NCBI RefSeq assembly: GCF_009914755.1
Contig: NC_060929.1
Source: the human T2T-CHM13v2.0 reference genome, Homo sapiens
Length of the DNA: 64,000 nt
Reading direction: 5' to 3' (one strand)
Below the pieces are notes generated by a model. The model worked only from the letters and a program-made list of their open reading frames with translations, searched no databases and was not told where the DNA came from. Of the stretch, positions 35,047-51,408 are shown piece after piece. Within the stretch, counting starts at the first letter, position 1; each line of letters begins with the position of its first letter. Both the position numbers and the translations under genes were made by a program.

Positions 35047-37785
35047 GGGTTGTCTTTTGTTTTGGTTTTTTATTTTTTGTCTATAACAAAATTTTAAAAT
35101 ATATATTGTCATAATATATTGAGTAAAAGAGTATATATGTATATACCATGTATATGACAGGATGTTTGTCCTGGGACACCCACCAGATTGTACATACTGT
35201 GTTTGGCTGTTTTCACATATGTTGGATGTAGTGTTCTTTGATTGTATCAATTTTGTTTTGCAGTTCTGTGAAATGTTTTATAATGTCCCTGCCCAGGGAC
35301 CTGTTAGAAAGCACTTTATTTTTTATATATTAAATATTTATGTGTGTGCTTGGTTGATATGTATAGTACATATACACAGACATCCATATGCAGCGTTTCC
35401 TTTGAAGGTGACCAGTTGTTTGTAGCTATTCTTGGCTGTACCTTCCTGCCCTTTCCCATTGCTACTGATTTGCCACGGTGTGCAGCTTTTACTCGCCACC
35501 TTCCGGTGGAGCTGCCTCGTTCCTTTGAACTATGCCCTCACCCTTCTGCCCTCACTTGATTTGAAAGGGTCGTTAACTCTCCCTTACAGGTGCTTTGACT
35601 CTTAAACGCTGATCTTAAGAAGCTCTCTTCATCTAAGAGCTGTTACTTTTTCAGAAGGGGGGGTATTATTGGTATTCTGATTACTCTCAATTCTAATTGT
35701 TATATATTTGAGCCCATACAGTGTATTAGGTTGAACCATAGAAACTGCTATTCTCGTAGGTCAAAAGGGTCTAGTGATGGAAGTTTTGTAGATAAGTACC
35801 AGGCATCTCAGTAACTCCTAGACTTTTTCTCATCCCATGCCCCGTTTTAAATTGTCAGTTTTCCCTCTGACTCTTCTGTGTTAAAACATGAAACTATAAA
35901 TTTAGTAATTATCATGCCTTGCTCTTTTTAATCTATATGACTGATGCAAGCCCCTCTTCTTAACCGTTTCTTGGCTTTGAGCCCAGAAACACAGCTCTCC
36001 CTGTCTCCAACTCCAGTAAGCCCTCCTCAGCCTCACCTTACGAATCCAAAGAACTGGGGTTTGTTAGGTTCTTTCTCTAATGTAGAGGCCCAGATCCCAT
36101 CACAAAGTTTTTCATTCTTCCTTGTCCACGATGATCTTCATCACAGTCTTTGATATGTCTGCATGCAAAGTGGAACAGAGTTGGGCGGCAATGACAGAAG
36201 AGCTTCCTTGGCCTGACTCGGTGTGCGGCCACTTCGGCACTGCTTAATCCAGATATTCTTGTTAACTAAGCATTGTGCTTCCCAGGTGGTCTGAAGTCAG
36301 GTACTCTCTCTCTCAACACCTGTAGTTGAATATGATTTGGTCAGTTGCTCGTTGTAACTTGGAGAAATTCCTATAAAGTAAGATCTCCTTGCCTCTTCCA
36401 TCCATTGTTGGCACCCCCTTGCAAAAGGAAAAGAACAGCAAAAGTCAGGAGCAGTAATCTGAGAAAGTTAACTCCAGGATAGGTAGGTTTCTATTGTTAT
36501 AGCTAGATGTAAATCTTTAGTTCCAAGAAGTGATAGAGTTTCTGCTTTAATAATTTGTTGATAAGTTTACATAAACAGAAATAAAAGATACTATCTTTAC
36601 CGTAGTAGTTCAGGCCAAGATTATGCTTAGTTTTAGTTCTCCAGGTAGTTACTTTTGCCATGTCCTATTGATCAGTGACACTGCCAGAGGCCCATACCGG
36701 CAAGAGGAAGAGGACGTCATTTTGTAAAGTTTAACTTCTTAGCGAACTGATGTGCCACCCAGTCACAGAGTGGAGTTGTGAATTCATGTAGAGGTGGCAA
36801 ACCTCTACCTTGTGTTGATGAGAGAATAATCTTGGGCAGTCTGGGAAAATAAGGAAGGCATCTCCTTCTTACTCATGGAGATTCAACTATAGAGAGTTGA
36901 AACCTAAACCCGCCTTCCTTTTATAGAAGCTGGACTAGAGACGGACTGACCATCAGCTCTGAACTGTGGCTTTTTTTGTTCACCTATGATGCCATGTACC
37001 AAATTCAGAAGCTATCGTTAATAATTTGTTTTATAATTGAGTAGTACAAGCGAGGAAAAAATACGGAGGATAACCACTATTTTTGTGCAAATAGTATGAA
37101 AGTGAAGTAAAAGCAATAGAAGAAATTTCTATAGGATCTGGGTTTAGAGTGTGTATCATTAATAAATATACCTTTGCTCTTTTCAGGGAAAATAACAACC
37201 ACCCTTACTGATAGTTGGGAAAAGAAGATTGGGTTATTTTGCCATATCATTTAGCTGGAAGTGACATTTAAAAGCACCCTGCATCACTAGTAATAGTGTA
37301 TTTTGCTATTCTGCCCTTGTAATCGGTGTCCCTGTAAAACAATCCCCACAGATTACTTTCAGAAATAGATGTATTTCTCTACGTAAGGGCCAGGTTTATT
37401 TTCTCCTTTTTTGAGATTTCTAGAAAAAATGCTGCTTGCACATGTTGGTTCTTGAAACCTTAGCTAGAAGAATTTCAGGTCATACCAACATGTGGATAGG
37501 CTATAGCTGTTCAGAGGTCTCCTGGGGGAGCTTAAAACGGGGGAAACACTGGTTTTCACAGATGCTCCACATGGCTGTCTTTAAAAGACTCAAAACTTTT
37601 TTTTGTCCTCTTTGTTATGCTTGGAAGCTCCCCCCCCCCCCCCACAGTGTGTCGAGTCTTTGCAAAGAAACCTTTAGATGTGGTTCATAGATATATGAAT
37701 ACGTATCTGTGTAAAACAGTGAGTGTGCAGTGTGTAAATACTTTAAATTATTATGCTAGAAAAATAAAGTTACATACCTTGCTGT
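35047..37785 (+). other. RGMB: RGMB 3' UTR (to distal polyA site)
   Basis: No recognisable repeats; AU-rich region after the stop; AATAAA at 36580, 37161 and 37763. Confidence 0.75.
37763..37768 (+). terminator. Distal polyadenylation signal of RGMB
   Basis: AATAAA preceded by TGTA elements and followed by GU-rich tgtggaatgtctgttctgtg. Confidence 0.75.
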
Positions 37786-38359
37786 GGAATGTCTGTTCTG
37801 TGATTATAGGGACACCTGCTGGAAGAACTGAGAGCTGCAGAAGAAAGGGAGTCGGGGGAGGGGGAATTGTATAAAATCCCTAAAGGTTACTGATAAGTCA
37901 TGCCACCTGCCCACAAATTCGCTGATTTTCAAAACTATAGCATTACTGTCATTTTTTTTCTTTTGAAATTTTAAGCAGTTACAAATCCGTATCAGTGAGA
38001 TTGGTCCACTAGTATTGTCCCAAAGTTCTGTCTTTAGTAACAGTTTTGGTCCCTTGAAGACATACAGCCTGCACTCTAGTTCTTTTTAAGGTGATGTGAA
38101 CAGTAACGACTTCCTCCTGGTGGGGAGGATTTGGGAAGGCAGGATTTTCTGGCTTTGAAAACAAATCCTCACTTCTTGGGTTTTAAAAAGAGACATCAAG
38201 AGATCACAAGTTGGTCTTTGTTCAAGAAACACACCAAAGGGTAGAAAAGTTAGGAAAATAACTGAAACAAAAGGCACAGAGAAGCACTGTTACTTGTATT
38301 AGGTAGAATACTAAATGGATCAGATTCTGACTGGGATAAACATACATGTAATCATTTCT

Positions 38360-38659
<300 letters not shown>

Positions 38660-39371
38660 TAATCGTTTCTTAAAGAAAAAAGCTTAACCATTGCAGTTGA
38701 CTATTTACATGTAGCAGTTCAGAGCAAAAAAAAAAAAAAAAAGACAATCATATCAGCTGAACCACATAAAATAGGATGAAATGACATAGTCACTGAGTAC
38801 CCAGTGATGTGTCTGTGCTGAAAGAATGCAGATAATCTATAGCAGAACGAAATGTGCTATAGACTATTTGACTTTTATGCTTAAAGTCAAAAATAATTCT
38901 TTACCATTCTGTCTTCATTCCCAGAACTCCAGCTCTTTGGGGACTGAAACGTCAACTCCAAAATCCCAACAGCGACATCAACCCTAAGAGTCCTGTTATC
39001 TGATTTATTTTTTATCTTGTTTATTTTTAATTTTGTAGCATTGGCAGTATTCTATTGTCTGGAACTAGCTGGGATAACAGTCTTGGATTGCTGCTGTCCT
39101 TTCTGAGCAAAGATACCTTGCTGCAGATTTTCTCCCTGTTCTATTTGTATGTGAACCAATGTCTCCCCCACAGAGAAAGTAATCAGGATGTTCAAGGAGC
39201 AGTTTCAAAGTTCTTTATTATTTCACTACCTAACCATATTGTTACCTAAACCTAAACCATATTGTTTCTTTCTGCTTCTATCCCTTTTCTGTATGTCTTC
39301 CAAATGGACAAGTCACATGAAAGCAATTGTTATTATTTAGATGGTATTTTCCTTTAAATTTACTGCTCTTT

Positions 39372-39711
<340 letters not shown>

Positions 39712-40717
39712 CTATCAACTAAATAATAGAATATGCTGTCCTTTGTACCCAAAAGGTTATGTCATGGCTCCCTGACGGTGAAATATGTGTGAAATCCAAC
39801 CAACACCCAGCAGGATACACTAACAAACATTCTACAAAGCCAGAATGGATGCCCTCACCCTCCTTGGAATGATGTTAAACCAATTGAGTAAACTGGTCCT
39901 GCCAACTGCAATGTAATAAAGTAGGCCTATCAAACTTCAGCAGGAAGAAAGCAACAGGGCAATGTTTTCTGAGTTCTTCATGAGTAATATTTCTATGACC
40001 CATTTTTTATTTCAGTAATGAAAACTCCAACTCCAGAAGGAAAAAAAAAGCATTCTGCTACCAGATTGAATATACAAGACCTAGCCACAGATGAATTAAC
40101 CAAGTAGGAATTGCACCTGCCATAGATGACATTTTCAGAAGATAACATTATCTCAATCAATAGTGTAACACCGCCAAGGGAAATGGTGCTATTTGATAAC
40201 CCACAGGGTTTCCAAAGCCTTCTAACAGGAAGCAGTAAGGTGGGATTCACTGAAGGGGGAGATGGAGGGGGACAATAAATTTATTTTCTAGTGAGCCCTT
40301 CTTTTGCGCTGCTAAATAGCAATGCCATTAATGCAGTGTTGGTCATCAGCACAGTGAGGACTGTGGGTAGAGCTATTGATTGGCTCACCCTAAGTGGAAG
40401 GGAAAGATTCTCGGCCTGAGTCAGCTCATGAATGTTCATCTTCCTTCTTGGGAAGGAAAAGGAAAAAGGAGTGAAATAATTTGAGGCAGCATGCCATACA
40501 AGATCCTCAGCATCCTGTCAAATTGGAAATCTGGATGACATTTGAAGGTTGGGGAAGTGTACCTGGGGAGCTGGGAGGAAGGGTAGCAACAGGACAGGAA
40601 GAGCTCACAAAGCAAAATGATAAATATGGAATGCATTCTGGTTACATTTTGAGCTGCAGGCCATTTTGAAGGGTTCATCTGTGCATGGTCATTTATTTTA
40701 TATATTCTGCCTTGAGG

Positions 40718-40950
40718 CAGCATACCATAGTGGTCAAGATTTTGGGCTGTGGAGTAGACAGTTCTGAGTTTAAATCCACCTACTTTACTAGTTATGTGGC
40801 CTCAGACGTGCCAAGCTGTACTTAGGCTTCAGTTTCCTCATCTTTACAGTAAGAATTCTAAAAGAAATTCACACCTCCAACATTCATTGTGAGGTTCAAT
40901 TTGCTGCATTTTAAAGTTTTTAGCATGGGACCTGATACAAACCTAGTGTT
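40718..40950 (+). mobile_element. MIR
   Basis: MIR core (ttactagttatgtggcctc ... cttcagtttcctcatct). Confidence 0.7.
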
Positions 40951-42012
40951 CAACCTGCATTACTCAGAAATGGACCTAAGATTGATAGTGAGTTGTATGT
41001 TCACCTTTGGGAACTGGCAAACCTATAAGCTATTCCTAGAATGAAATTTGCATGTATGCCCCTGTGAACATCCAAGAATTTAGGACGGGGCCACAGTTTT
41101 GCAGAGTTTATTCACATCTATGAGGGAGATGTGCTGTGCACATGGTTCCTAGCAGAATGCATGAGACCAAATGCAAAACCTGTGCATATCAGGTGCTTCC
41201 TACTGGCCCCCTCACTGCAGCCACCCCAGAAATCCAGCATACGTTCTTTAAAGCACCTACTAAAAAAATAACACTGACTTGTGAGTAACCATTTGCCCTG
41301 GACATAACTTCAGGAATTAGGGATAAACTGGGGACAGAAAGAACTCTGAGGAAAAGCTACTACTGGAGAAATTATTGCTAGCCACTGCTAGTCATGTATT
41401 GTACACCTTGGCAAATCATAGTCCCAGCATAGAGAGCATCGAACTTTGGGAAAGGACACTCTGAAATGTTTCGATAGACAGGGTTGTATAAAAAAGGTGT
41501 GGAAACTGGGCTTCCAGTGCTCACATCATCACCGTAATTCTTATCCACAGATCCCTTCCCGCTCAGCCTAGGCCAACGATAGCATTCTTATCTTCTCAGA
41601 ATTGCTTGAAATAGACAATGAAGAAAAGAAAGAGAAGAGGCCATCTGCCATGAAGGCTGACAGATTTAAATTGGCCCAATTGAGCAATGCCCTTCTCCTC
41701 TCTGATCTTAAAATGGTTTCAAATGGGAGAGGTGAGAGGCGTTGTGAGAAATTTTACACAGATGCTCAATAAAAAGGCAACATGGGAAAAAACTAATGAA
41801 AAGATGTCAAAAAACTATAAAAATAACAGAAATGGGAAAGGGAACATGGAGCAAGTGACAGAGAAGGGTGGAAGAGAGATGATTAACAAAGTTGTATACA
41901 GCTAATAGAAACACTGATTAGGGAGACAAAAATACAGGCAATGCTTGAGGTGTTTATGGAGAAGAGCAGTGACAGGGAGCAACCATGTATCCTTTCATAT
42001 CATGGTTTTTAA

Positions 42013-42329
<317 letters not shown>

Positions 42330-43209
42330 TTAAAATTTATATAGATCCCTCAGGCATTAGAGAGCATAACTGGCCAAGACTGGTTTTGTCAATAAAATCT
42401 AATTTGAACTATCTCCAGCATGAAGGGAGAAGGGAGGGATTTATTTTATGGTTACAGAGGTACCTTGTGGAACCCAAGGGCAGGAATGGAGCCTGGGAAG
42501 CTGTTAGGATCTCATCTTTGCTTCTGACTCTAAAGTCACTTTCTCCTCTCGAACTTGGCAAGCTGACTTCTCTACCTCGCAGGTACCCATGGTGGAACAT
42601 GGCCACCTCACAGAGTTATAGTTTCGTCCACCTACAGAGAGTTCACATCCTCAGGGGAGAATCCCTTTGGCTTAGCTTAGGCCAGGTAAGATAGCATAAT
42701 ACAAAAAGAGCAGTGGGCATCTCCCTCATTTCACCACAGGCCTTCTTGAATTTTTGGCACTTTGGGGCTCTAAGGCATTGGTGGTGTGGCGCAGCAGGAG
42801 AAAGCAAAGCACCAGCGCCCAGCAGTGCTGGGCAACAGCATCCAGGACAGTCTAAGCTCCTCAGGAAAAGCAGCAGTCCAGCTGGGCACAGCAGGAGGAA
42901 CACAGGCACACTCGGAGGAAGTGGTACAGGGCAGAGGCACCACCCAGTTAGCAAGATTTATCCAAAAGCCCATGTAATTCATCCCTGTAGCACTCACACC
43001 TAGGTATCTGAGTGGAATCTATAGGAGGCAGATGGGGCAAGAATCTTGGAAAGTTGTGCTATTAATGCTAATATCACTGTATTTGTTGAGTTTTGAGGGT
43101 GTTATGTATATATAAAGCTCCTACCAAATTACCTAGCACATCAATGGTGCTTAATAAAGGTAGGTATTCTTGTTATCAGTACTGAGATTTAGATAGTTTG
43201 CTTTTCCAA

Positions 43210-44650
43210 TCCCAGTCTCTCACCTGAATTCCAGCCTTGTATTTCCAGCTACCTACATATCACTTCCACATTAATATCTCATAAAGATCTCAAATGTAAC
43301 AAATATAAAACCAAACACTTGATTCCTGTCACCCACACACAAACACTCTCTGCTCAACCCACAGCCTCCTCCTGTGTCTAGCGATGGCACCACCCTTCAC
43401 CAGGGCTCAGGCTTAAATAGTGGCTCAAAGAATTGGCCATGTCTCTTTTCGTCTCACACCGTACATTAAGTTCACCAGAAAACTATGTTACACATATTCC
43501 AAATCTGACCATTCGAAAGGTCTCCCTGCTGACTCTTTCTCCTGCCCATGCCTCCATGGACTCTAACCTGGACTATAGCAAGACACTATTCACGAGCCTT
43601 CCTGCCTCCACACTTGCTCCTCTGTGGGCTCCAGCTCGCCATGTGGCAACCAGATAGAACCTACAAAACATAATAGAATCACTCCCTGCTCAAAACTCCC
43701 CCCTGGTTTTCATCACATTTAGAATAAAATTCAAAACCTATAGACAAACACAAATTGATGGACTTTCTACAAAAGTATTGACTTGTACTCTTCAAAAAGA
43801 GCAGTGTCATAAAAGACAAAGCAAAGCTGAGGATCTGTTCCAGACTAAAGGAGACTAAAGAGACATGGCAGTTAGATGCAGTCAGTGTAGGATTCTGGAC
43901 CCTGATGAGGGGGAAAAATGGTTCTTAAAGGACATTATTGAGACAACGGATAAAATTTGAATATGAACTCTTAGATTATAGTGTTATACAATGTTAAATT
44001 TTTATGAATTATTAAAGAGCATATCCTTGTTCTTAGAGGCATACACTGAGATATTTTGAAGTAAAAGGTCTGCAAATTATTCTCAAATAATTCAGCAGAT
44101 AATGGTAATGTGTATGTGTATACATAGCTAGATAAATAGCCTGAATGTGGCAGAAATTTAATAATTAATTTAGGTGACGCATATACAAAAGTTCATTGTA
44201 CTATTTTTACAAGTTTTCTGCAAGTTCAATTTTTTTTCCAAAAAAGTTAAAAACAATCCTTAGCCCTATGCTGGCTGATATGGTCTAAATTTTCGGCCCA
44301 CCCCCTTCTCACTTTAACCACATCTATCTTTGCTTCTTCTAGGACAGGTATGCTTCTGCCTCAGGACTTCTCATCCACTCTCCTCCCTCAGATATTTGCA
44401 GGCGTAAAGCCCTTCTCTTTATTCAGGCTCTGAGAGGCCCATCATGACCACTCTATCTAAAATGATACCCCATCCCTTGCACCCTGCTTTGTTTTTCTTC
44501 ATTATCTTACTACAGTCCTTGTTTATGTGTTCATTGTCTGTCTCCAGCATTAGGATGTAAAGTCCATAAGGAAGAAAATTTTTCCTATTTATTGTTTTGG
44601 GCCCAGAGAAGACAGTTGTGCCCACTATGTATAAACAGAAGAAGGAAGGA
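43210..44650 (+). mobile_element. L2 3' region interrupted by an old L1 (L1MC/ME-like) 3' UTR at ~43740-44250
   Basis: L2-type text at 43210-43740 and 44260-44650; the insert has gttccagactaaaggagactaaagagacatg typical of old L1 3' UTRs. Confidence 0.6.
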
Positions 44651-46854
44651 AGGAAGGGAGGGAGAGAAGGAGGGAGGGAAGGAGGGATTCAATTTGGTAA
44701 TGCTTCAAGAGTATAAGTAGAACTGAAACTAGAAGAAACAAAAAGTGAAGGAGTCAAGAGTAAGCTGACAGATGTGATTTTATAATCAGAAAGGCTTTAA
44801 GCTTATGGTAATCACTTTTTCTGATACTTGCCTGTTAGAGATATCAGTAATGGAGGCTGTATGGAAGGGAGGGAGTTGGTTCTAGAACTAGACTGATCCT
44901 GTATCCAGTGCAGGGGAAGCAAAGGGATCTAATATCTATTGATCACCTACTATGGCCAGACACAATGCAGGCACCTTGCAAACTCTATGAGATTTGAGGA
45001 AACTGAGGAAAGTGGTTGAGTAATTAGATTGATCACCAATCAGTGAGGGACAGAGCTTACATTAGAATTTAGACTCCTTGGGACTCTAAAACTCATGCTC
45101 CCCATATGAAGCCATGATCCTGCCCAATAGTGTCTTACTGTTGCTATAAGGTTTACACTGAATTTTAGTACCTACTTGAAAGAAAATACTAACAAAGTCT
45201 GAACAAATAGCCCTATTAAGCTAACTCCCTTTTATGAATAAATAAACACTAAAAATGACCATTTTAATTGTTTGCTAACAGGGCATCTAAAATATTTGAG
45301 AATACTGTCATTAAAATGTAAATGTTTATCCTATAATATTACTTATCAAACACTTGTTTAATTATTATAAAAATGAATTTTTCCCCTTGTCCATAGCAAA
45401 TACAAAAATGAATTGTATTATCTTTGTTTAAATCAGTGGGGTCAACAAATCGGGCTAAAGAATCTATAGCCTGTTTTGTGCGTAAACATCTGTATAAACA
45501 CATATGCATATGTATAATGTCAATAAAACCTTATGTAAGCTTCAGCATTACTAATCACTACATTAAAATGTGCTGAAACTTGTCCACTCATCAGAACCAC
45601 ATTCTTTGGCAATCACAGGATAGTATTATGAATTCAGTTTATAAAATAACTACCTGCAATAGAATAGAGATTTTAGTGAGTAGAAAAATTGGACTGAATG
45701 TAGCATAAAATGGAAAAGTAATTCATTTAACAAACATTTATTGAATACCTACTAAGTACAAGCCACTCTGTTAAAAACTGGAAATTCCACACTAAATAGG
45801 CCCATTTTCTTTCCTGGAAGAACATATGGTCTAGCAAAAAGGAATATTATGTTCAACCTTCAGTGCTCAACTTTGAAATAAAATGTTTTAAAATGGACTA
45901 ATATGGTTTTAATATATCAACAATAATTTATTTCTATAATGCCTATCCATAATTTCAATAAAGTAAAGTAATTTCTCTCATGGTGTGTGCACTGACTGCA
46001 CTCACCTGGGTGGGTCTTCCTTGGGATCTCTCATGAAGTGGTGTTTAGAGGTCACCTGAGGGCAGAAGTGATCTAAAGTTTCAGTTGGGCTGGACATCCA
46101 AGGCAGCCCACTCAAATGGTTTCAGTAGACTGAAAGTCTACTGAAACTTGTAACTTGCATTCATTTAGAAACAGGTTCAAGCATCTTATTTGCCCATCAT
46201 TAGAAACAAGATCACTTTTAAAGTCTCAACATTTTTCCCTAGTGCTTCATATAAAAGAGAACTATGATAATTTTCACAATAACTAACATAAATTAACTTT
46301 GGGAAATTGTTTTCAATTCTTCATATTTGAATAGGTAGGCTTGGAAAACCCCCAAATACCCTCCCTATAATTAAAAATTTGTAGCTCTCCATGTGGTTTA
46401 GTATTCTCAAAAAGATAAGTAAGGAAATAAAAAATTCCAGATGGCAACATGAGAGCATCCAGATATATAATTAGGTCTAAAGAGAATTAGGCAAATATTA
46501 GGTCTAAAGAGAAAGATAAACCCCCATCAATAATAGATGGGGATTCCAACACCCCACTCTTGGCACTGGATGGATTATCTAGATCTAAAACCAACAAAGA
46601 AACATCAAATTTAAACTGTAGCATGGACCAAATGTACCTAACAGAGATTTACAGAACATTGCAATCAACAGCTGGAGATACACCCATTTTTCTCATCAGC
46701 ACATAGAACATTCTCCAAGATAGACCATATGTTAAGATACAAAACAAGTCTAAAAAAATTCAAAAAACTTAAATCATAACAAGTATCTTATCTAACCACA
46801 GTGGAATAAAACTAGAAACTAACAGCAAGAGAAACATTTAAAACTACACAAACG

Positions 46855-47147
46855 GGCCGGATGTAGTGGTTCATGCCTATAATCCCAGCATTTTGGGAGC
46901 CCAAGGCCAGAGGATCACTTGTGGCCAGGAGTTCGAGACCAGCCTGGGCAAACATAGCAAGATCCCATCTGTACAAAAAATTTCAAAAATTAGCTGGGGA
47001 TGGTGGCACATACCTGTAGTCCCATTTACTCAGGAGGCTGAGGCAAGAGGATTGCTTGAGCTATGATCATGCTACTGCACTTCAGCCTGGGCAAGAGTAA
47101 GACTGTGTCTCTCAAACAAAAAACAAAAAGAAAAACAAACAAAAAAT
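46855..47147 (+). mobile_element. Alu (AluJ-like) within L1
   Basis: ggccggatgtagtggttcatgcctataatccc ... A-rich tail. Confidence 0.9.
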
Positions 47148-48581
47148 AGTATACAAATACATGGAAATTCAACAACATGCTCCTGAATGGCCAACGGATG
47201 AAGAAAGAGATTAAGAATAAAATGTTGTAACTTCTTGAAACAAATAGAGACACAACATATCAAAACCTACTGGATACAGCAAAAGCAGTATTGAGAGGCA
47301 AGTTTGTAGTAAATACCTACATCAAAAAATAAAAAGATTTTAAATAAACTACTTAATGATGCATCTCAAAGAAATAGAAAACCAAAAAAAAAAAAAAAAC
47401 CCAAAAGTAGTAAAAGGAAAGAAATAATAAAGATCAAAATAGACAAAATTGAGACAAAAAATACAAAAGATCAGTGAAATAAGAAGCTGGTTTTTTTGAA
47501 AAGATAAAATTGACAAACCATTAGCTAGACTAAGAAAAAGAGATAGAAGACCCAAATAAATAAAATCAGAAATTAAAGATAAAGAGATGTCACAATGGAT
47601 ACCACAGAAATAAAAAGAATCATTAGAGACTACTTTGAATAATTATATGCCAATAGATTTAAAAGTAAAATGAATAAATTCCTAGACACATATAATCAAC
47701 AAAATTGAACCAAGAAGAAATAGAAAACCTGAACAGATCAATAACAAGTAACACGACTGAATCAGTAATAAAAATCTTCTAAACAAAGAAATGTCCAGGA
47801 CTGAATGGCTTTCTTGCTTAATTCTATTACACCTTTAAAGAATAATTAATACCGATTTTTCTCAAACTGTTCCAAAAAATTGAAGTGGAAGAAACTTTTC
47901 CTAACTCATTCTATGAGGCTCAGCATAACCCTGATAATAGACAAGGACACAACAACAAAAGAAAACTGTAGGCCGACATCCTTAATGAACATAGACACAA
48001 AAATTCTCAACAAAATACTAGCAAACTGAATCCAACAATATATCAAAAAGATAATACACCATGATCATGTAAAATTTATCCCAGGAATGCAAGGATGGCT
48101 CAACATATGCAAATAATAAATGTGATACATCACATCATCAGCAGAATAAAGGATATAAACCATATGATCATCTCAATAGATGCAGAAAAAGCATTTGCTA
48201 AAATTCAATATCCCTTTATGATAAAAATTCCTAATAAATCAGGTATAGAAGGAAAGTGTAACAACACAATAAAGGCCATATATGACAGACCCACATCTAA
48301 CATCATATTGAACAGGAAAAAGCTTTCTCTAAGAACTGGAACAAGACAAGGCCCACTCTCACTACTCTTATTCAACATAGTACTGGAAGTTGTAGCCAAA
48401 GCAATAAGGCAAGAGAAATAAATGAGGGGCATACAAGTTGGAAAAGAGGAAGACAAATTGTCCATTTGCAGATGACATGATCTTATACATAGGAAACCCT
48501 AAAGACTATCAAAAAATACCCTTAGAACTGGTAAACAAATTCTGTAAAGTTTCAGGGTAGAAAATCAACATACAAAAATCA

Positions 48582-48888
<307 letters not shown>

Positions 48889-50642
48889 AAAAATCAGTAA
48901 CATATCTATACACAAATAGTGAACTAGCTAAAAAAAATCAAGAAGGCAATCCTATTTACAAATGCTACAAAGAAAATACAATGATTAGGAATAAATTTAA
49001 CAATAATAAAAACAAAAACAACAACAACAAAGGAATAAGTTTAACCAAGGATGTGAAAGATCTCTACAAGGAAAACTATAAAACACTGATGAAGGAAATT
49101 GAAGAGGTCAAAAAAAATGAAAAGACATTTGCATCCATGTTCATGGATTGAAAGAATTAATATTGTAAAAATGACCATACTACCAAAAGCAATCTACAGA
49201 TTCAATGCAATTAATATCAAAACTACCAATGATATTCTTCACAGAAATAGGAAAAAAACCTTAAAATTGGTAGGGAACCACAAAAAAAGCAATCCTAAGC
49301 AAAAAAGAACAAAGCTGCTGACATCACACTACCAGACTTCAAAATATACTACAAAGCTGTAGTAACAAAACCAGCACAGTGCTGTCATAAAAACAGATAC
49401 ATAGACCAATGGAACAGAATAGTGAACTCAGAAATTAATCTACACATTTACAGCCAAATGATTTTTGACAAGGCACCCAGAATACTCATAGGGTAAAGGA
49501 CAATCTCTTCAATAAATGGTGCTGGGAAAACTAGATATCCATATGCAGAAGAATGGAACTACCTGTCACCTATTAAAAAAATCAACTCAAGTGGATCCAA
49601 GACCTGAATGTAAGACCCAAAACTATAAAACTACTAGACGAAAACAGGGGAAATGCTTCAGGACACTGGTCTGTAAAAAGATTTTATGTATAAGACCTCA
49701 AAAGCATAAGCAACATAAACAAAAATAAACAAATGAGAAAGGGGCTTAACATCCAAAATACACAAGGAACTCAAACATCTCAATAGCCAAAAAAAAAAAA
49801 AAATCCGATTAAAAACTTGGCAAATGATCTGAACAGACATTTCTCAAAAGAAGGCAAACAGTCAATAAATACATGAAGAAGTGCTTGACATCACTAATCA
49901 TCAGGAGAATGCAAATCAAACTACAATAGTATATTATCTCACCAGAGTTAGCATGGCTATGATCAAAAAGACAAAAAATAACATGGTGGCAAGGATGTGG
50001 AGCAATGGGAACTCATACACTGTTTTGAGAAAGTAAACTAGTGCAGCCACTATGGAGAAGAGTGCGAATGTTTAAAAAAAAAAAACAAAACTACAAATAG
50101 AGCTACCACATAATTCAGCAATCCCATTATGGGCATTTATCCAGAGGAAAATAAATCAGTATATCAAAGAGACCTCTGCACCCCCATGTTTAATTGCCAC
50201 ACTATTCATATTAGCCAAGATATTAAATCAACCTAGTTGTACAACAACAGATGCATGGATAAAGAAAATATGGTATATATACACAGTGGAATACCATTCA
50301 GCCATAAAAAAGAATGAAATTCTGTGATTCACAGCAACATGAATGGAACTGGAGGATATTGTGTTAAGTGAAATGAGCCAAGAACAGAAAGTTAAACTCC
50401 ACATGTTCTCATTCTTATGTGGAATCTAAAAAAAGTGGATATCACAGAAGTAAAAAATAGAACAGAGTATACTAGAGGCTGGAAAGGAGGAGAGCTAAGA
50501 GGGAAATAAGGAAAGATTTGTTAAACGATACAAAATTACACCTAGATAGGAGGAATAAGTTCTAGTGTTCTATACCACTGGAGGATGACTATAGTTAATA
50601 ATAATATGTTACATAGTTTCAAAGAGCTAGAAAGAGGATATT

Positions 50643-50945
50643 GGCCACGTGCAGTGGCTCATGCCTGTAATCCTGGCACTTTGGGAGGCTGAGGTGGGAA
50701 GATTCCTTGAGCCTATGAGTTCAAAACCAGCCTGAGCAACATAGAAAGACCTCATCTCTACTATTTTTTTTTTTAATTAGTGGTCGTGGTAGTGCACACC
50801 TGTGGTCCCAGCTACCACTTGACAGCTGTGGCAGGAAGATTGCTTGAGCTCAAGAGGTCCAGGCTGCAGTGAGTTCTGACCATTGCACTTTAGCCTGGGT
50901 GACAGCGGGAGACTCTGTTTAAAAACAAAACAAAACAGAAAGAGA
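50643..50945 (+). mobile_element. Alu (AluJ-like) within L1 3' UTR
   Basis: ggccacgtgcagtggctcatgcctgtaatcc ... A-rich tail. Confidence 0.88.
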
Positions 50946-51109
50946 AAACTGAATGTCCCCAATAGAAAGAAATGATAAATGCAAATAAGATTATAAATAT
51001 GCTAATTATAATTACTATGTGTTAATTTTTTAATGTTATTCAGTAAATATATATATGTATGTGTGTGTGTATATATATATATGTTATATGTGTATGTACG
51101 TATGTATGT

Positions 51110-51408
<299 letters not shown>

